A stretch of DNA of 64,000 bases from Clostridia bacterium (GTDB lineage Bacteria; Bacillota; Clostridia; TANB77; CAG-508), in the NCBI GenBank assembly GCA_900752335.1, contig CAADUZ010000023.1, forward strand, positions 28,927 through 92,926, given 5' to 3'. Below, piece after piece: positions 9,151 to 18,558 of the stretch (positions are counted from its first letter, which is position 1; each line of letters opens with the position of its first letter). A model generated the notes under the pieces. It ran no database searches, was not told where the DNA came from, and worked only from the letters and a program-made list of their open reading frames with translations. The position numbers and the translations under genes were made by a program.

Positions 9151-9351
9151 TTATATTTTCATTAGCACATTTACAAAGCTTGAAATTAATAGTAAGTCTA
9201 TAACTATAAAGCTTATTGTTGCAGTTATAATTGTAGTGAACATTTTATGATTAGCTATTCCTTTTCCAATTCTAATAAATAAATTTTGCTTTTTGACATT
9301 TAAGGCTTGTCCTCCTTTAACTTCTAAAACAATATCTTTTGCATACTCCAT
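9151..9351 (-). CDS. small membrane protein, hypothetical
   Basis: 66 aa with one C-terminal TM (FTTIITATISFIVIDLLLISSFV). RBS GGGGGA (rc of 9362-9367) lies 10 nt upstream of the ATG. Confidence 0.45.
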   Translation of the reverse strand: MEYAKDIVLEVKGGQALNVKKQNLFIRIGKGIANHKMFTTIITATISFIVIDLLLISSFVNVLMKI

Positions 9352-9440
9352 AATATAAATTCCCCCTATCTATATGTGTATATTATATAGATATTCGTTT
9401 ATGCATATATTTATTCATACTTTCGTATACAAAATTATTA

Positions 9441-11273
9441 CTATTTTTGCAAACTTTCTTTTATTTTTCTAGCTAATTCTTCATTTATTCCCTTTACTTT
9501 GCTGATTTCTGCAATATCCGCTTCTGCAATTTTTTTAGTACTCCCAAATTTCTTTAAAAGTGCTTTTTTCTTTACTTCTCCAATTCCAGAGATTTCGTCT
9601 AATGCTGATTTTGTAAGTTCTTTATCACGTAATTTTTTGTGATACCCTATTGCTGTATCATGCACTGCATCTTGGAAATTTGTTATTAAATTAAATAAAT
9701 TATTTGATATTGCGAGTTCCTGCCTCTCCTTATTCATTAATGCTCTAGTTGAGTGTTTGTCATCTTTTACCATGCCAAATATTGGTATGCCCAATATATG
9801 TGTATTAAACTCGCTATTTTTATTTAGATATTCTTTTTTTAATTCTTCTATTGCCTCTAATGCTGCACGTATTTGTGTTATGCCACCATCTACTAGTATT
9901 ACGTCTGGCAAACGTCCAAATCCACCATTTGGGTTTTCTATAGAATGAATTAATCTTCTTGTAATTACCTCTTTCATGCATTTCAGATCATCTTGTCCAA
10001 ATACTGTTTTTATTCTAAATCTTCTTGATAAGTTTTTCTTTATTATTCCGTCTTGCATTACGCACATTCCTGCTACCATATTGGTACCAGAAAGGTTTGA
10101 TATATCATAGCATTCTATTTTTCTAGGAAGCTTGTCTAAATTTAGCACTTCTTTAAGTTCTGTTAAAACTTCTAACTTATCCTTTTCTTTGTTTTCCAAT
10201 GTTACTTTTGCATTATTTTCTGCCATTTCCACTAATCGCAATTTTTCGCCTTTTTGCGGTGTTTTAATTTCCACTTTTCTTCCTGCTTGTTTTGTAAATA
10301 GCTCTTGTAAAACTTCCTTATCTTCTATTTCTTCTCGTAGCATTATTTTACTTGGCATTACTTCTCTATTTATGTAATATTGCTTTATGAAAGTTGATAG
10401 TATTTCTTTTGAGTCTTCGTCTACTAAATCATTTAAAAAGAAATGCTCTCTTCCTATCATTTTGCTTTTACGTACAAAAAATATTTCTACACATACTTTT
10501 GTTTCGTTTCTTGCAAGTCCTATTACGTCAATATCGTTTTCTGATATATTAGATACTTTTTGTTTTTCTGATATTCTTTCTATTGCTAAAATTTTATCTC
10601 TTAAATATGCAGCTTTTTCATATTGCAAATTTTCTGCTGCTTCTTTTATTTCTTTATCCAACTGTTTTAATAAAGTATCTGTTTTTCCTTCTAGCACGTC
10701 AACTATTTCTTTAATCTGCTTCATGTATTCTTCCCTTGAAACATATCCCATACAAGGTGCCATACATTTTTTTATATGATAATTTAAACATGGTCTATCT
10801 TTGTATTTAAAACTCTTGCATTGTCTTATTTTAAATTTCGATTTAATAAACTCTACCATCTCTTTTGCACTACCACTATTAGCATAAGGTCCAAAGTATT
10901 TAGCACCATCATTCAAAATTCTTCTTGTCATGTATACGTCTGGATATTCTGCCTTTATGTTTACTTTTATGTATGGGTATGTTTTATCGTCCTTTAAAAG
11001 TACATTAAATTTAGGCATATTTTTCTTGATTAAATTGCATTCAAGAATAAGAGCTTCTGCTTCATTATCTGTTACAATATATTCAAAATGGTCTATTAAT
11101 GAAACCATATTCTCTATTCTTTTTGTCTTATTGGTTTTTCTAAAATATTGCCTTACTCTATTTTTTAATGAAATTGCCTTGCCAACATATATAATTTTGT
11201 CATCTTTGTCATGCATTATATATACCCCTGGTTTTCCTGGCAATTTTTTTAGTTCTTCCTCTATATTAAACAT
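9441..11273 (-). CDS. uvrC: excinuclease ABC subunit C
   Basis: N-terminal GIY-YIG (PGVYIMHDKDDKIIYVGKA), a UVR domain, an Endo V-like domain and a C-terminal HhH. Start set at the MFNIEEELKK ATG (11273). Confidence 0.9.
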   Translation of the reverse strand: MFNIEEELKKLPGKPGVYIMHDKDDKIIYVGKAISLKNRVRQYFRKTNKTKRIENMVSLIDHFEYIVTDNEAEALILECNLIKKNMPKFNVLLKDDKTYPYIKVNIKAEYPDVYMTRRILNDGAKYFGPYANSGSAKEMVEFIKSKFKIRQCKSFKYKDRPCLNYHIKKCMAPCMGYVSREEYMKQIKEIVDVLEGKTDTLLKQLDKEIKEAAENLQYEKAAYLRDKILAIERISEKQKVSNISENDIDVIGLARNETKVCVEIFFVRKSKMIGREHFFLNDLVDEDSKEILSTFIKQYYINREVMPSKIMLREEIEDKEVLQELFTKQAGRKVEIKTPQKGEKLRLVEMAENNAKVTLENKEKDKLEVLTELKEVLNLDKLPRKIECYDISNLSGTNMVAGMCVMQDGIIKKNLSRRFRIKTVFGQDDLKCMKEVITRRLIHSIENPNGGFGRLPDVILVDGGITQIRAALEAIEELKKEYLNKNSEFNTHILGIPIFGMVKDDKHSTRALMNKERQELAISNNLFNLITNFQDAVHDTAIGYHKKLRDKELTKSALDEISGIGEVKKKALLKKFGSTKKIAEADIAEISKVKGINEELARKIKESLQK

Positions 11274-11305
11274 TCTTTCACCCTTATTAAATATTAACAT
11301 AAATA

Positions 11306-11974
11306 TTATATCATACTTTTTACTAATTTTTCTATACTTTTTCTTCTATTATATTTTCTTATTTCCATTATTTCTAAATACCATAAATATGCTAAAATTA
11401 TAACTATGGCAATATTATGTATGTACAAAATTGCTATACTAGCTATGGCAGTTAATATTATCAGAATTGTTTTTGAAATAATATATGTAGTTTTATATGC
11501 AGTTTTATTTCCAAAAATTAATTTTAATACTTCATTTAAAAATCTTCCTCCATCCATTGGATATATTGGAATTAAGTTAAACATAGCAATCAAAAAATTA
11601 GAATATATTAGTAATTGATATATGCATGTATTTTGAATATTAGTACTTATGCTAGCAAAAATTATAACTAAAACTGCTAATGCTAAATTTGTAATTGGTC
11701 CTGCTAGTGCAATTATTGCTTTTTTTATGCAAAGAGTATTTCCTTTATTTACTTGTATTTTACATTCTTCACTACTCACTTTAAACTTTATTTGAAGCCC
11801 TACAGGAGAAAGTTTTATCTCTTCAGTCTTAAATCCTAAAATTAATCCCATTAATAAATGCCCTAATTCATGAATAATTGCAAATATCATTAAGGTTATG
11901 TATATTTCTATTTGCGAAGTAAGCAAAAATAAAAATAGGAACAAAAATATCTTTAAATCAATTTTTATACTCAT
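11306..11974 (-). CDS. M50 site-2 protease family (SpoIVFB-like)
   Basis: Polytopic membrane protein with HELGHLLMG (HExxH) and a later NLIPIYPMDGG motif. It lies downstream of an M23 peptidase gene. Confidence 0.7.
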   Translation of the reverse strand: MSIKIDLKIFLFLFLFLLTSQIEIYITLMIFAIIHELGHLLMGLILGFKTEEIKLSPVGLQIKFKVSSEECKIQVNKGNTLCIKKAIIALAGPITNLALAVLVIIFASISTNIQNTCIYQLLIYSNFLIAMFNLIPIYPMDGGRFLNEVLKLIFGNKTAYKTTYIISKTILIILTAIASIAILYIHNIAIVIILAYLWYLEIMEIRKYNRRKSIEKLVKSMI

Positions 11975-11985
11975 AATCTTTCCTT

Positions 11986-12921
11986 TTAATCAAACTTTAT
12001 TATCTTTTCTGGATTAATTGTTCTGTTTTCTCTTCGTATTTCAAAATGTAGATGCGGTCCTGTAGAGTTTCCTGTAGAGCCTACCTCTGCTATTTTATCT
12101 CCCTGTTTTACTTTCTGCCCTTCTTTTACTAATAATTTGCTACAATGCGCATATCTAGTTAAAATCTCGCCGTTTTCTATATCAATATGTTTTCCATATT
12201 CTCCTTCGCTCGATGAAACTGTTACTGTTCCATCCATTGCAGCATATATTGCAGTTCCAGTATCTGCTCCTATATCTATCCCTGCATGGTTTGCCGATAC
12301 AACTTCTGTTGCTTCCCTCTTTCCATATCTTGAAGTTACAGTTCCCTTTACAGGAATGATAAAGCTATAATTTTCTTTTACGTATTCAATGTCTAACTCG
12401 GCTTGTGACTTTTTTTCTTCCTTCTTTTCACCTTCATCCTCTACAACTTCATTTGTAGCAGCTCCGCCAATTCCACCTACAGTGTTCGTTTCTTCTATTT
12501 TATTTTCTGTTTCTTTATTAGTTGCCTCTTCTTCCACAGTATTAGTTTGACTATTTGCTTCGTTTGTATCTATATTCTCATTCCATAATTTATCTTTACT
12601 AGAATTTATAAATACAGAAATTTGATTTTGCAAATTTCCAAAGTTTATATCATATGACAAAAACTCTTTTGTTTTATTTATTACCTCTTCAGAAAAAATA
12701 TAGTTTCCATGCTTAATTAAATAAAAAATTATATATATCATTGCACAAATAGCAAGCTGAAGTATCATCTTTTTAAAAAGAGATACTTTTTCTTTTTTGG
12801 CTCTATTTACACTATTTCCAGCAACTCGGATTCCGCTTCCCGTTCTTCTTCTGTTATATATTTCTTCTGCTCTTCTAATTCTTTCTTCCATGCTTATTGT
12901 TCGTTCCAATATAAAAAACAC
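11986..12921 (-). CDS. M23 (LytM) family metallopeptidase, membrane anchored
   Basis: The C-terminal LytM domain has HAGIDIGADTGTAIYAAMDG and GPHLHFEIR; there is a central TM. The start codon is uncertain (GTG 12921 or ATG 12891). Confidence 0.75.
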   Translation of the reverse strand: MFFILERTISMEERIRRAEEIYNRRRTGSGIRVAGNSVNRAKKEKVSLFKKMILQLAICAMIYIIFYLIKHGNYIFSEEVINKTKEFLSYDINFGNLQNQISVFINSSKDKLWNENIDTNEANSQTNTVEEEATNKETENKIEETNTVGGIGGAATNEVVEDEGEKKEEKKSQAELDIEYVKENYSFIIPVKGTVTSRYGKREATEVVSANHAGIDIGADTGTAIYAAMDGTVTVSSSEGEYGKHIDIENGEILTRYAHCSKLLVKEGQKVKQGDKIAEVGSTGNSTGPHLHFEIRRENRTINPEKIIKFD

Positions 12922-12984
12922 CTCTTCCTTTGTTGTTTTTTACATGTATATGTGTCCGAAGTGTTTTTTATTCACGATTTAGAT

Positions 12985-13320
12985 TTAAAAAATTACTGTT
13001 AAAATAATTCCAAGCAATGTGCTGAAAAATAATAGAAAATTTAACTTTATTGAATTTTTATATTTCCTTTCCAGTCTTTTAATATTTCTCTCCTTTTTAG
13101 AGGAATTATTTTCTATTTTTTCTATATATGATTTAATTATCATTTCAGCATCTTTTACAATATATCCTGTTTTTTCTTCCTCATTTTCCTCTTTTTCTTC
13201 TTTAAAATCTACATTTTGATATTTATGTATCTTGTTATTCTCTTTTAATATTATAATTGCCTCTTCTACTAAATTAGATGGTAAGTTTTTTAAAACTATC
13301 ATATTTTTCATATGGGGCAA
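12985..13320 (-). CDS. hypothetical protein with C-terminal TM
   Basis: 111 aa with an acidic middle and a C-terminal TM (LNFLLFFSTLLGIILTVIF). No family recognised. Confidence 0.4.
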   Translation of the reverse strand: MPHMKNMIVLKNLPSNLVEEAIIILKENNKIHKYQNVDFKEEKEENEEEKTGYIVKDAEMIIKSYIEKIENNSSKKERNIKRLERKYKNSIKLNFLLFFSTLLGIILTVIF

Positions 13321-13372
13321 AACCTCCTATTTAAGTAATCTATTACTTACAGTTTTGCCATAACTTTATTTT

Positions 13373-13909
13373 TTATACAGTTTCACACATTTTATTTTTT
13401 AGAGCTTGCTTAATCCCCTGTGATACTAAATTTGCCATTTCAAATACTTCACTATATTTTATTTTTTTAAGTTCCAAGATATTATTCTGCTTGGAATTTG
13501 CATTTAAACCTATTACGCATTTTATATTGATATTAGAATAAAAACATATATTTTTTTCTAATGCTTTTCCTATTTTTATATAACCTTTGCTTAATAATAT
13601 TTTTCCAACAGTTTCTTTATTGCCCAATGCCGCGTCTATTGTAATAATATATGGATTTCTATATTTCTCATATATCTTACTTAATACTTCTCTTGCATTT
13701 TTGAAATTTATTGTATCTTTAAAATTACCATATATTTTCACATACTCATTTTCCAAATACTTTATACTTTCCCCAACTAATGGTCCTATTGCATCCCCCG
13801 CAACGCTTTTAGTTCCAATACATAAAATTACTATGTTAGAGTATTCCCTGTCTAAATCCATTAGCTTTTCTTCTAATTGCATAAGAAAATTACAATATTT
13901 ATAATACAA
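13373..13909 (-). CDS. yyaC: spore protease YyaC
   Basis: Contains VILCIGTKSVAGDAIGPLVGE, typical of the YyaC/GPR-like family. Length about 170 aa. The start may be an internal ATG. Confidence 0.7.
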   Translation of the reverse strand: MYYKYCNFLMQLEEKLMDLDREYSNIVILCIGTKSVAGDAIGPLVGESIKYLENEYVKIYGNFKDTINFKNAREVLSKIYEKYRNPYIITIDAALGNKETVGKILLSKGYIKIGKALEKNICFYSNINIKCVIGLNANSKQNNILELKKIKYSEVFEMANLVSQGIKQALKNKMCETV

Positions 13910-13946
13910 TATTTTTCTCCTTTCATTAGTTTTAAGTTATTGCATT

Positions 13947-14201
13947 CTATTCTTTATCTCTTGCAATTATGATATTTACGTTTCTATCTTTACTATATTT
14001 CTTTACAATATCTTCTGAAAAGCTAGCAATTTCATTAGTTAAAATAATAGTATCATATCTATTATTTATTAACTCTCTAATCTTATCATCTGCCTGTTCT
14101 GGCTCCACTAACTTAAAAACGTCAAAGCCTAATTTTTCTGGAACTCTAAAACTAAAATCATCTTTTGCATATTTTATCCAAGAAATTTTCATTTTTATCA
14201 C
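13947..14201 (-). CDS. hypothetical protein
   Basis: 84-aa ORF with no family recognised. Its strand matches the neighbouring genes. Confidence 0.35.
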   Translation of the reverse strand: MIKMKISWIKYAKDDFSFRVPEKLGFDVFKLVEPEQADDKIRELINNRYDTIILTNEIASFSEDIVKKYSKDRNVNIIIARDKE

Positions 14202-14250
14202 CAGTTTTATTCTTTGACATTTTTTACATTTTATTCATGAATTTGGAACT

Positions 14251-14312
14251 TGGAACAAGGGGACACACAATTTGTTTCAAAAATGAAATAAATTGTGTGT
14301 CCCCTTGTTCCA
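14251..14312. repeat. long palindromic element, copy A (also a terminator)
   Basis: TGGAACAAGGGGACACACAATTTGTTTCA (14251-14279) pairs with TGAAATAAATTGTGTGTCCCCTTGTTCCA (14284-14312): 29-bp arms with one mismatch. A near-identical element lies at 60036-60099. Confidence 0.85.
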
Positions 14313-14315
14313 GAT

Positions 14316-14816
14316 TTATTCTTCTTTACTTAATTCTGCTTTTAGGCTTTCGTCCGATATATATTCAATGGCTCTTTTATCGTTTGCAACTGCCGCCTCT
14401 GCAATTTCTTTATTTGCTCTTAATCTCTTACTTGCATATTTTAAAATTAGTCCTTTGTTTTGTACGGCCGCTAGCACTACGTCATAGTCATCTCGTAACT
14501 GTTTAGAAGCATAGTACAATTCTTGTCCATCTATTTTTACTGCGTCTAGCATTACCTCTTTGTCGTCAGCTAGCCTTTGGCTTACATAGCATGCTGTCCA
14601 GCCTACTTTTTTTATTGATTCTAATACTACTTCTTTATCATCTTTCAATTTTTGTCCAGCAAATTCTAATGCATTTCCATCCTGCTTAATTGCTGCCATT
14701 ACTACTTCTCTATCATTTTTAAGTTCGTCCGAAGCATAGTCCAACAAGCTTCCTTGCTTTTTTACCATTTCCAATACATATTCTTTATCATTAGATTTTT
14801 CTTGATCAAATTCCAT
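14316..14816 (-). CDS. DUF4116 repeat protein
   Basis: Tandem ~30-aa repeats of the form DDKEVVLxAIKxDGxALxYASxxLK, repeated five times. Confidence 0.7.
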   Translation of the reverse strand: MEFDQEKSNDKEYVLEMVKKQGSLLDYASDELKNDREVVMAAIKQDGNALEFAGQKLKDDKEVVLESIKKVGWTACYVSQRLADDKEVMLDAVKIDGQELYYASKQLRDDYDVVLAAVQNKGLILKYASKRLRANKEIAEAAVANDKRAIEYISDESLKAELSKEE

Positions 14817-14842
14817 AGTAACCTCTTTTACATAAAATATAT

Positions 14843-15892
14843 TTAAATTTCTAGAATTGGTAAATTTGTACCTTTTAAAATTTTTAGTTCAGGTTTATTT
14901 ATCATTATTCTACTTTCTTGCACTTTTATATCTCTTGTTGTTTTTAAATTAACACATTCAATAATATCAGAACAAACAGCACTTGCTGTTGGAAATTTTC
15001 CAGCACCTTTTCCATAAAACATTGTGGTTCCAACCATATCACCAGATACAATGATAGCATTGTATACGTCACTCACATTAGCAAGTGGGCTTTTTTTGCT
15101 TATTGCACATGGTGCTACAAATACCTCTAATTCAGCTTCACTTTTCCTATTTGCATAACCAATTAATTTTACCACATATCCTTCTGCTTCCGCTTCTCTT
15201 ACTTCTTCTAGAGTAAGGCTTTCTATCCCTTTAACGCTTACACTATCTGGATTTACGTATTCACCAAATGCAAGAGATGCTAGTATTGATATTTTTCTAC
15301 ATGTGTCATATCCTTTTACGTCTGCATCCGGGTTAGCTTCTGCATAGCCTAATCTTTGTGCATCTTTTAAAGCAGTATTAAAATCGACGTTTTTTTCTAT
15401 CATTTGAGTTAAAATATAGTTTGTTGTTCCATTCATTATTCCTAGTATTGTTTCTATGTTGTTAGCTTCCAAACATTGAAGCAATGGATGAATTATTGGT
15501 ATTCCTCCTCCTACTGATGCCTCAAATAGATATTTTACATTATTTTGCTTTGCTATTTCTAATAGTTCTACACCTTTCGTAGCCACTAACTCTTTATTTG
15601 ACGTAACTACACTTATCCCATTTTCTAATAACTTTTTAGTGTATTCATACGCTACTGTCGCACCACCAATTACCTCTGCTGCTATCGTTATTTCTTTATC
15701 TGAAAGAATTTTATTAAAATCTTTTATTATTTTACTTTGATATTTATCCCCTTCAAAATCCTTTATATCCAATATGTATTTTACATTTATCTCTTCGCCT
15801 GCATTTTCTTTAACTATTTTGCTATTTCTATCTAACAATTCTACAACTCCTGAACCTACTGTTCCATATCCTAATACAGCAATATTAATCAT
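14843..15892 (-). CDS. hom: homoserine dehydrogenase (no ACT domain)
   Basis: N-terminal Rossmann fold VLGYGTVGSGV and a catalytic region NGTTNYILTQM...GYAEANPDADVKGYD. Confidence 0.85.
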   Translation of the reverse strand: MINIAVLGYGTVGSGVVELLDRNSKIVKENAGEEINVKYILDIKDFEGDKYQSKIIKDFNKILSDKEITIAAEVIGGATVAYEYTKKLLENGISVVTSNKELVATKGVELLEIAKQNNVKYLFEASVGGGIPIIHPLLQCLEANNIETILGIMNGTTNYILTQMIEKNVDFNTALKDAQRLGYAEANPDADVKGYDTCRKISILASLAFGEYVNPDSVSVKGIESLTLEEVREAEAEGYVVKLIGYANRKSEAELEVFVAPCAISKKSPLANVSDVYNAIIVSGDMVGTTMFYGKGAGKFPTASAVCSDIIECVNLKTTRDIKVQESRIMINKPELKILKGTNLPILEI

Positions 15893-15913
15893 TTTTTTCT
15901 CCTTTATTACTAC

Positions 15914-16771
15914 CTATATTTTTTCATTTAATATTTTAGCCTTATATTCTCTATAAAGCAAATCGTATTTTTTGACAAAATCTGTTATCACATACTTTGT
16001 ACAGGGATATTCCTGCCTTAATTTGTTACCTAAAACATGTTTTCTTCCATTTTTATATTGAACTGTATATCCACTTATTTCTTTATTTAGTTCAATATCT
16101 TTGTATAGTGGTATTATTAATTCTCTATACATTCTCTCATAAGAAAATATGTAGGCTTTTCCTACAAAACTTTTCGGAATAAAAACTATTGGTTTATTCA
16201 CATGCATGGGCAATTCTTCTGACATATTCTCCCAACTTTCCGTTTCTCCATTCCAGCATAATTTCTTAAGTTTCACCTTTTTAGTTTGTATTTTCCACAT
16301 TTTGCACTGTTTTTGTGTATATTGTATCAACTCTTTAAAGATTATTGTGGTAATTAAATCCGAAACTTTGTCTTCTCCTACATTTGGTATTATCATTAAA
16401 AAATCGAATATATCTTCTACAAATCCAGAACCAAATATATCATCTTTTTTTAATAGTTGAACCAATGCTGTTCCATCATCTTCTCCCATGCTTTTTCCAT
16501 ATTTTGTTTCTAATGAATATCCTAGTTTTGTTTCATTTCTTTCGTGAAGATTTTGTATATATACCAATAACTCTTGATACTTTCTCTCTTTCGAAAGCTT
16601 TATTATTATATCAATAAACCTCTTTATTTGGCAATAGCACTTTTTATGAATTTCAGTATTCCCATTTTTTATTCTTAATGGGTCTATAAACAGCCTATTA
16701 TCTTTACTTAAATTTATATTTACAAAATCTAATTCTTTTGCAGGAATATGATACTTATTACTAATATTCAT
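15914..16771 (-). CDS. hypothetical protein (first gene of the variable region)
   Basis: 285 aa from ATG 16771 (GTGGAG upstream). No domain recognised. It is divergent from the 16968 operon. Confidence 0.5.
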   Translation of the reverse strand: MNISNKYHIPAKELDFVNINLSKDNRLFIDPLRIKNGNTEIHKKCYCQIKRFIDIIIKLSKERKYQELLVYIQNLHERNETKLGYSLETKYGKSMGEDDGTALVQLLKKDDIFGSGFVEDIFDFLMIIPNVGEDKVSDLITTIIFKELIQYTQKQCKMWKIQTKKVKLKKLCWNGETESWENMSEELPMHVNKPIVFIPKSFVGKAYIFSYERMYRELIIPLYKDIELNKEISGYTVQYKNGRKHVLGNKLRQEYPCTKYVITDFVKKYDLLYREYKAKILNEKI

Positions 16772-16967
16772 AATTTTAACTCCACGTTTTTTGTTTTTAG
16801 TATAGCACCCGTATTCCTTGTTCTCCAGAGCATACAACATTATGTTTTACTTTTTAGTTAATTGTATGTGTGGTTTTAATGCTCGTAGTATTGTTAGTGC
16901 AAAATAATATTTTTATTGACAATTCATTTATTAAATAATAATATTATTTTTAGGAGGGGGTGTGTGT

Positions 16968-17909
16968 ATGGATTATGAAATTTTATATGTATATATAAAA
17001 GCTGTTATCACAAATAATAAATATTTTATGGAGGTAGTAGACTCATTACAATACTGTCAAGAAGATTTTTTTAGTCAAGTCAAATCTAATTTATCTTCTG
17101 AATATAACTCATATAACAATTTAGATATTATGAATATTTTTTGCATTTGTACTGATAAATCCAAAGCTACTAAAATAAAAAGTTCTTTAGCTAATGATAT
17201 TTCAAATAAATTGAAAGGCTTAAAAGATACGTCTTTTGATATGTATAACAACTATATCAATGTATATATAGATTATTTATTAAATAATAATTTATCTCCG
17301 TTAATGTTTTCTCGTGAAATAGACGATTTGTCCATCATTTGTTTAATTGGTAGTAAAACTACTTGCTCTCAACCACCTGTTAAAGTGCAAGAAATTTTAA
17401 ATATTTGGCATAATAAAGAAAAGCCTACTCTTTTTGGAAAGCAAGTATTAACTCAACCATTTTATTATAAAACTCTCCTTAATCGAAAGACTTTAGACAT
17501 AGTTCCTAGTATTAGTGATAACAATTTATATTTATTATTGGAGGGAAATATAAAAATTAAATTAGACTATTCAGCAATTAGTCCTTTTAGCTTTGAAGAT
17601 TCTAGTGTATTTGAGGCAACAGATATACAATCTATATTATATAATCCTGTTTATTGCTTTGGATATGTATTTGAATCTCAAATTATATTTATGGACTGGT
17701 TTGATATTTATTTATATGTTATGGCATTACTGGATATTGATTTAAATGACCTAAAAAAACTTGAAGAATCATATCTTTTGTTCTTGAATTTTATTGATAA
17801 ACATATCTGCAATAAAGTTTACGAAGTCGAACCTATATGCGATAAAAATCTCTTCTTTAAATCATTAAGTAAACATATAAAAATGGCTTCTGAATTTATG
17901 AAACGGTAA
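16968..17909 (+). CDS. hypothetical protein, upstream partner of the Mrr-like nuclease
   Basis: 313 aa. AGGAGGGGG lies upstream of ATG 16968. A TTGACA-17-TAATAT promoter lies at 16916-16944. No domain recognised. Confidence 0.55.
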   Translation: MDYEILYVYIKAVITNNKYFMEVVDSLQYCQEDFFSQVKSNLSSEYNSYNNLDIMNIFCICTDKSKATKIKSSLANDISNKLKGLKDTSFDMYNNYINVYIDYLLNNNLSPLMFSREIDDLSIICLIGSKTTCSQPPVKVQEILNIWHNKEKPTLFGKQVLTQPFYYKTLLNRKTLDIVPSISDNNLYLLLEGNIKIKLDYSAISPFSFEDSSVFEATDIQSILYNPVYCFGYVFESQIIFMDWFDIYLYVMALLDIDLNDLKKLEESYLLFLNFIDKHICNKVYEVEPICDKNLFFKSLSKHIKMASEFMKR

Positions 17910-17976
17910 GGAAGAAATATCAGTTTCTAAAAATTTTATTTGTACTGTTAAAAATAAATGGATTTATATTCCCAAA

Positions 17977-18516
17977 ATGCTTTCTATATTAGAAGAAATT
18001 TATGAGAAAGAAATCACTGATTTATCTAATAGATTAGAATTTAATTCTAACTATTTTAAGAAGTTTATTAACAATTTACCTTCGAGTACAAATTATGCTA
18101 AAGGAAAAGCTTTAGAAGATTTAGTCGCTTACTTTTTTAGCTGCATTAATGAATTTAAAATTACTGGTAGAAATATTAGAAATTTTACTGAAGAAATTGA
18201 TTTATGCCTTTGTAACTGCTCAAACAATGCTCTTTTCTGGGAATTAGGACCTATTGTTTTAGTCGAATGCAAGAATCAGCATGAAAAAATAAATGTAAAA
18301 ACTATACGAAATTTAAGCTCTATTATGGAAGTAAAAGGTATTTCTACTACAATTTTGGTGACAGCTTCTGTTCTTACGAAACCAGCTATAGGAGAAATAG
18401 AAAAAGCTAAATTAACTAATAAAAATATTATCGTTATATATTTAAATGAATTATTAAGTTTAAATAAAACTCCTTTGCAATTTTTAGAAGATAAAATTTT
18501 AGAATACAGTTTATAA
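17977..18516 (+). CDS. PD-(D/E)xK nuclease, Mrr-cat-like restriction endonuclease domain
   Basis: 179 aa: GKALEDLVAYFF...EEIDLCL...IVLVECKNQ...TTILVTASVLT. This matches the Mrr catalytic-core layout (D ... E-x-K). Confidence 0.65.
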   Translation: MLSILEEIYEKEITDLSNRLEFNSNYFKKFINNLPSSTNYAKGKALEDLVAYFFSCINEFKITGRNIRNFTEEIDLCLCNCSNNALFWELGPIVLVECKNQHEKINVKTIRNLSSIMEVKGISTTILVTASVLTKPAIGEIEKAKLTNKNIIVIYLNELLSLNKTPLQFLEDKILEYSL

Positions 18517-18558
18517 ATTAAAACTACCCCTGCACTTTTTATAAATGCAGGGGATTAA

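Noticed and set aside
14251-14312. Whether the GC-rich palindromes (here and at 60036-60099) are tRNA-like genes or a two-repeat CRISPR.
   Set aside because: Each is a simple perfect hairpin with a 4-nt loop and no cloverleaf. The copies are 46 kb apart and sit exactly at gene 3' ends.
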